A stretch of DNA of 39,163 bases from an uncultured archaeon (GTDB lineage: Archaea > Asgardarchaeota > Lokiarchaeia > Sigyniarchaeales > SOKP01), in the NCBI GenBank assembly GCA_964447495.1, contig CAYUTF010000023.1:1-39163 (forward strand), written 5' to 3'. The notes under the pieces are model-generated. The model did no database searches. It had not been told where the DNA came from and saw nothing but the letters and a program-made list of their open reading frames with translations. This document shows, one piece after another, positions 38,836 through 39,163 of this stretch (position 1 is its first letter; the number at the start of each line of letters is the position of its first letter). The position numbers and the translations under genes were made by a program.

Positions 38836-39163
38836 AATGTAAAATTAGTATCGAATTCGTGAATCAAGGTTGCAATCTAATATTTAACAATTCACTATTT
38901 CATGAAAATAGTATTTTTGGTTCGTAAAAATTAAACCGGTTTAAAAAAAAGAAGAAATTAGATTGATATAAGCAAGGAAATGATGATAAATATTGTCGAA
39001 ATACCTTGTGATTCAATTTTTGCGTGGTAAACGGTACAATTCAGTATATTCGATCTCCGATATATTTATAAGGGTAAATTATCTTAGTATACTTAATGTT
39101 CGATCTTAGATATATATTAAATTGATATATATCGAACTTCGAAATAAAGATTGGTGAAGGTTA

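Noticed and set aside
39098-39137. Inverted repeat GTTCGAT/ATCGAAC and GATATATAT/ATATATATC near the window end
   Set aside because: Largely low-complexity AT repeats, and the downstream gene is outside the window; function not assessable.
1-39163. CRISPR arrays, tRNA or rRNA genes
   Set aside because: No regularly spaced repeats, cloverleaf motifs or GC-rich structural RNA segments recognised.

Overview
Low-GC archaeal DNA, most consistent with an Asgard (Lokiarchaeia-like) genome. This is inferred from eS30, a zinc-knuckle aIF1/SUI1, a TFS-type zinc ribbon, GGTGA Shine-Dalgarno (SD) motifs and TATA-like promoters. The left half is accessory-like: two diverged direct copies of a cobalamin-binding mutase-like gene plus opine dehydrogenase cassette, each with a conserved ~250-nt upstream region. 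Between them lie small stress/translation genes (eS30, truncated TFS, UspA, ArsR, a glutaminase-dead AsnB, aIF1, NadE). The right half is mostly metabolic: GH13 glucanase, glmS/SIS/glmM, an AGPS/GlcD-like FAD enzyme with an Fe-S protein and FGGY kinase, purC/purS/purQ/purL, and HAD hydrolases. Two observations stand out. (1) Several genes appear to start at ATT/ATC behind well-spaced SD motifs, with an internal control from a zinc-finger paralog pair (one ATG, one ATT) and possibly including aIF1 itself. (2) The duplicated B12-enzyme/opine-dehydrogenase system of unknown chemistry has a leader block apparently more conserved than its coding sequence. Several small ORFs missing from the ORF track were read by hand. 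No rRNA, tRNA, CRISPR or transposase was recognised. All family calls come from motif recognition, not database searches.
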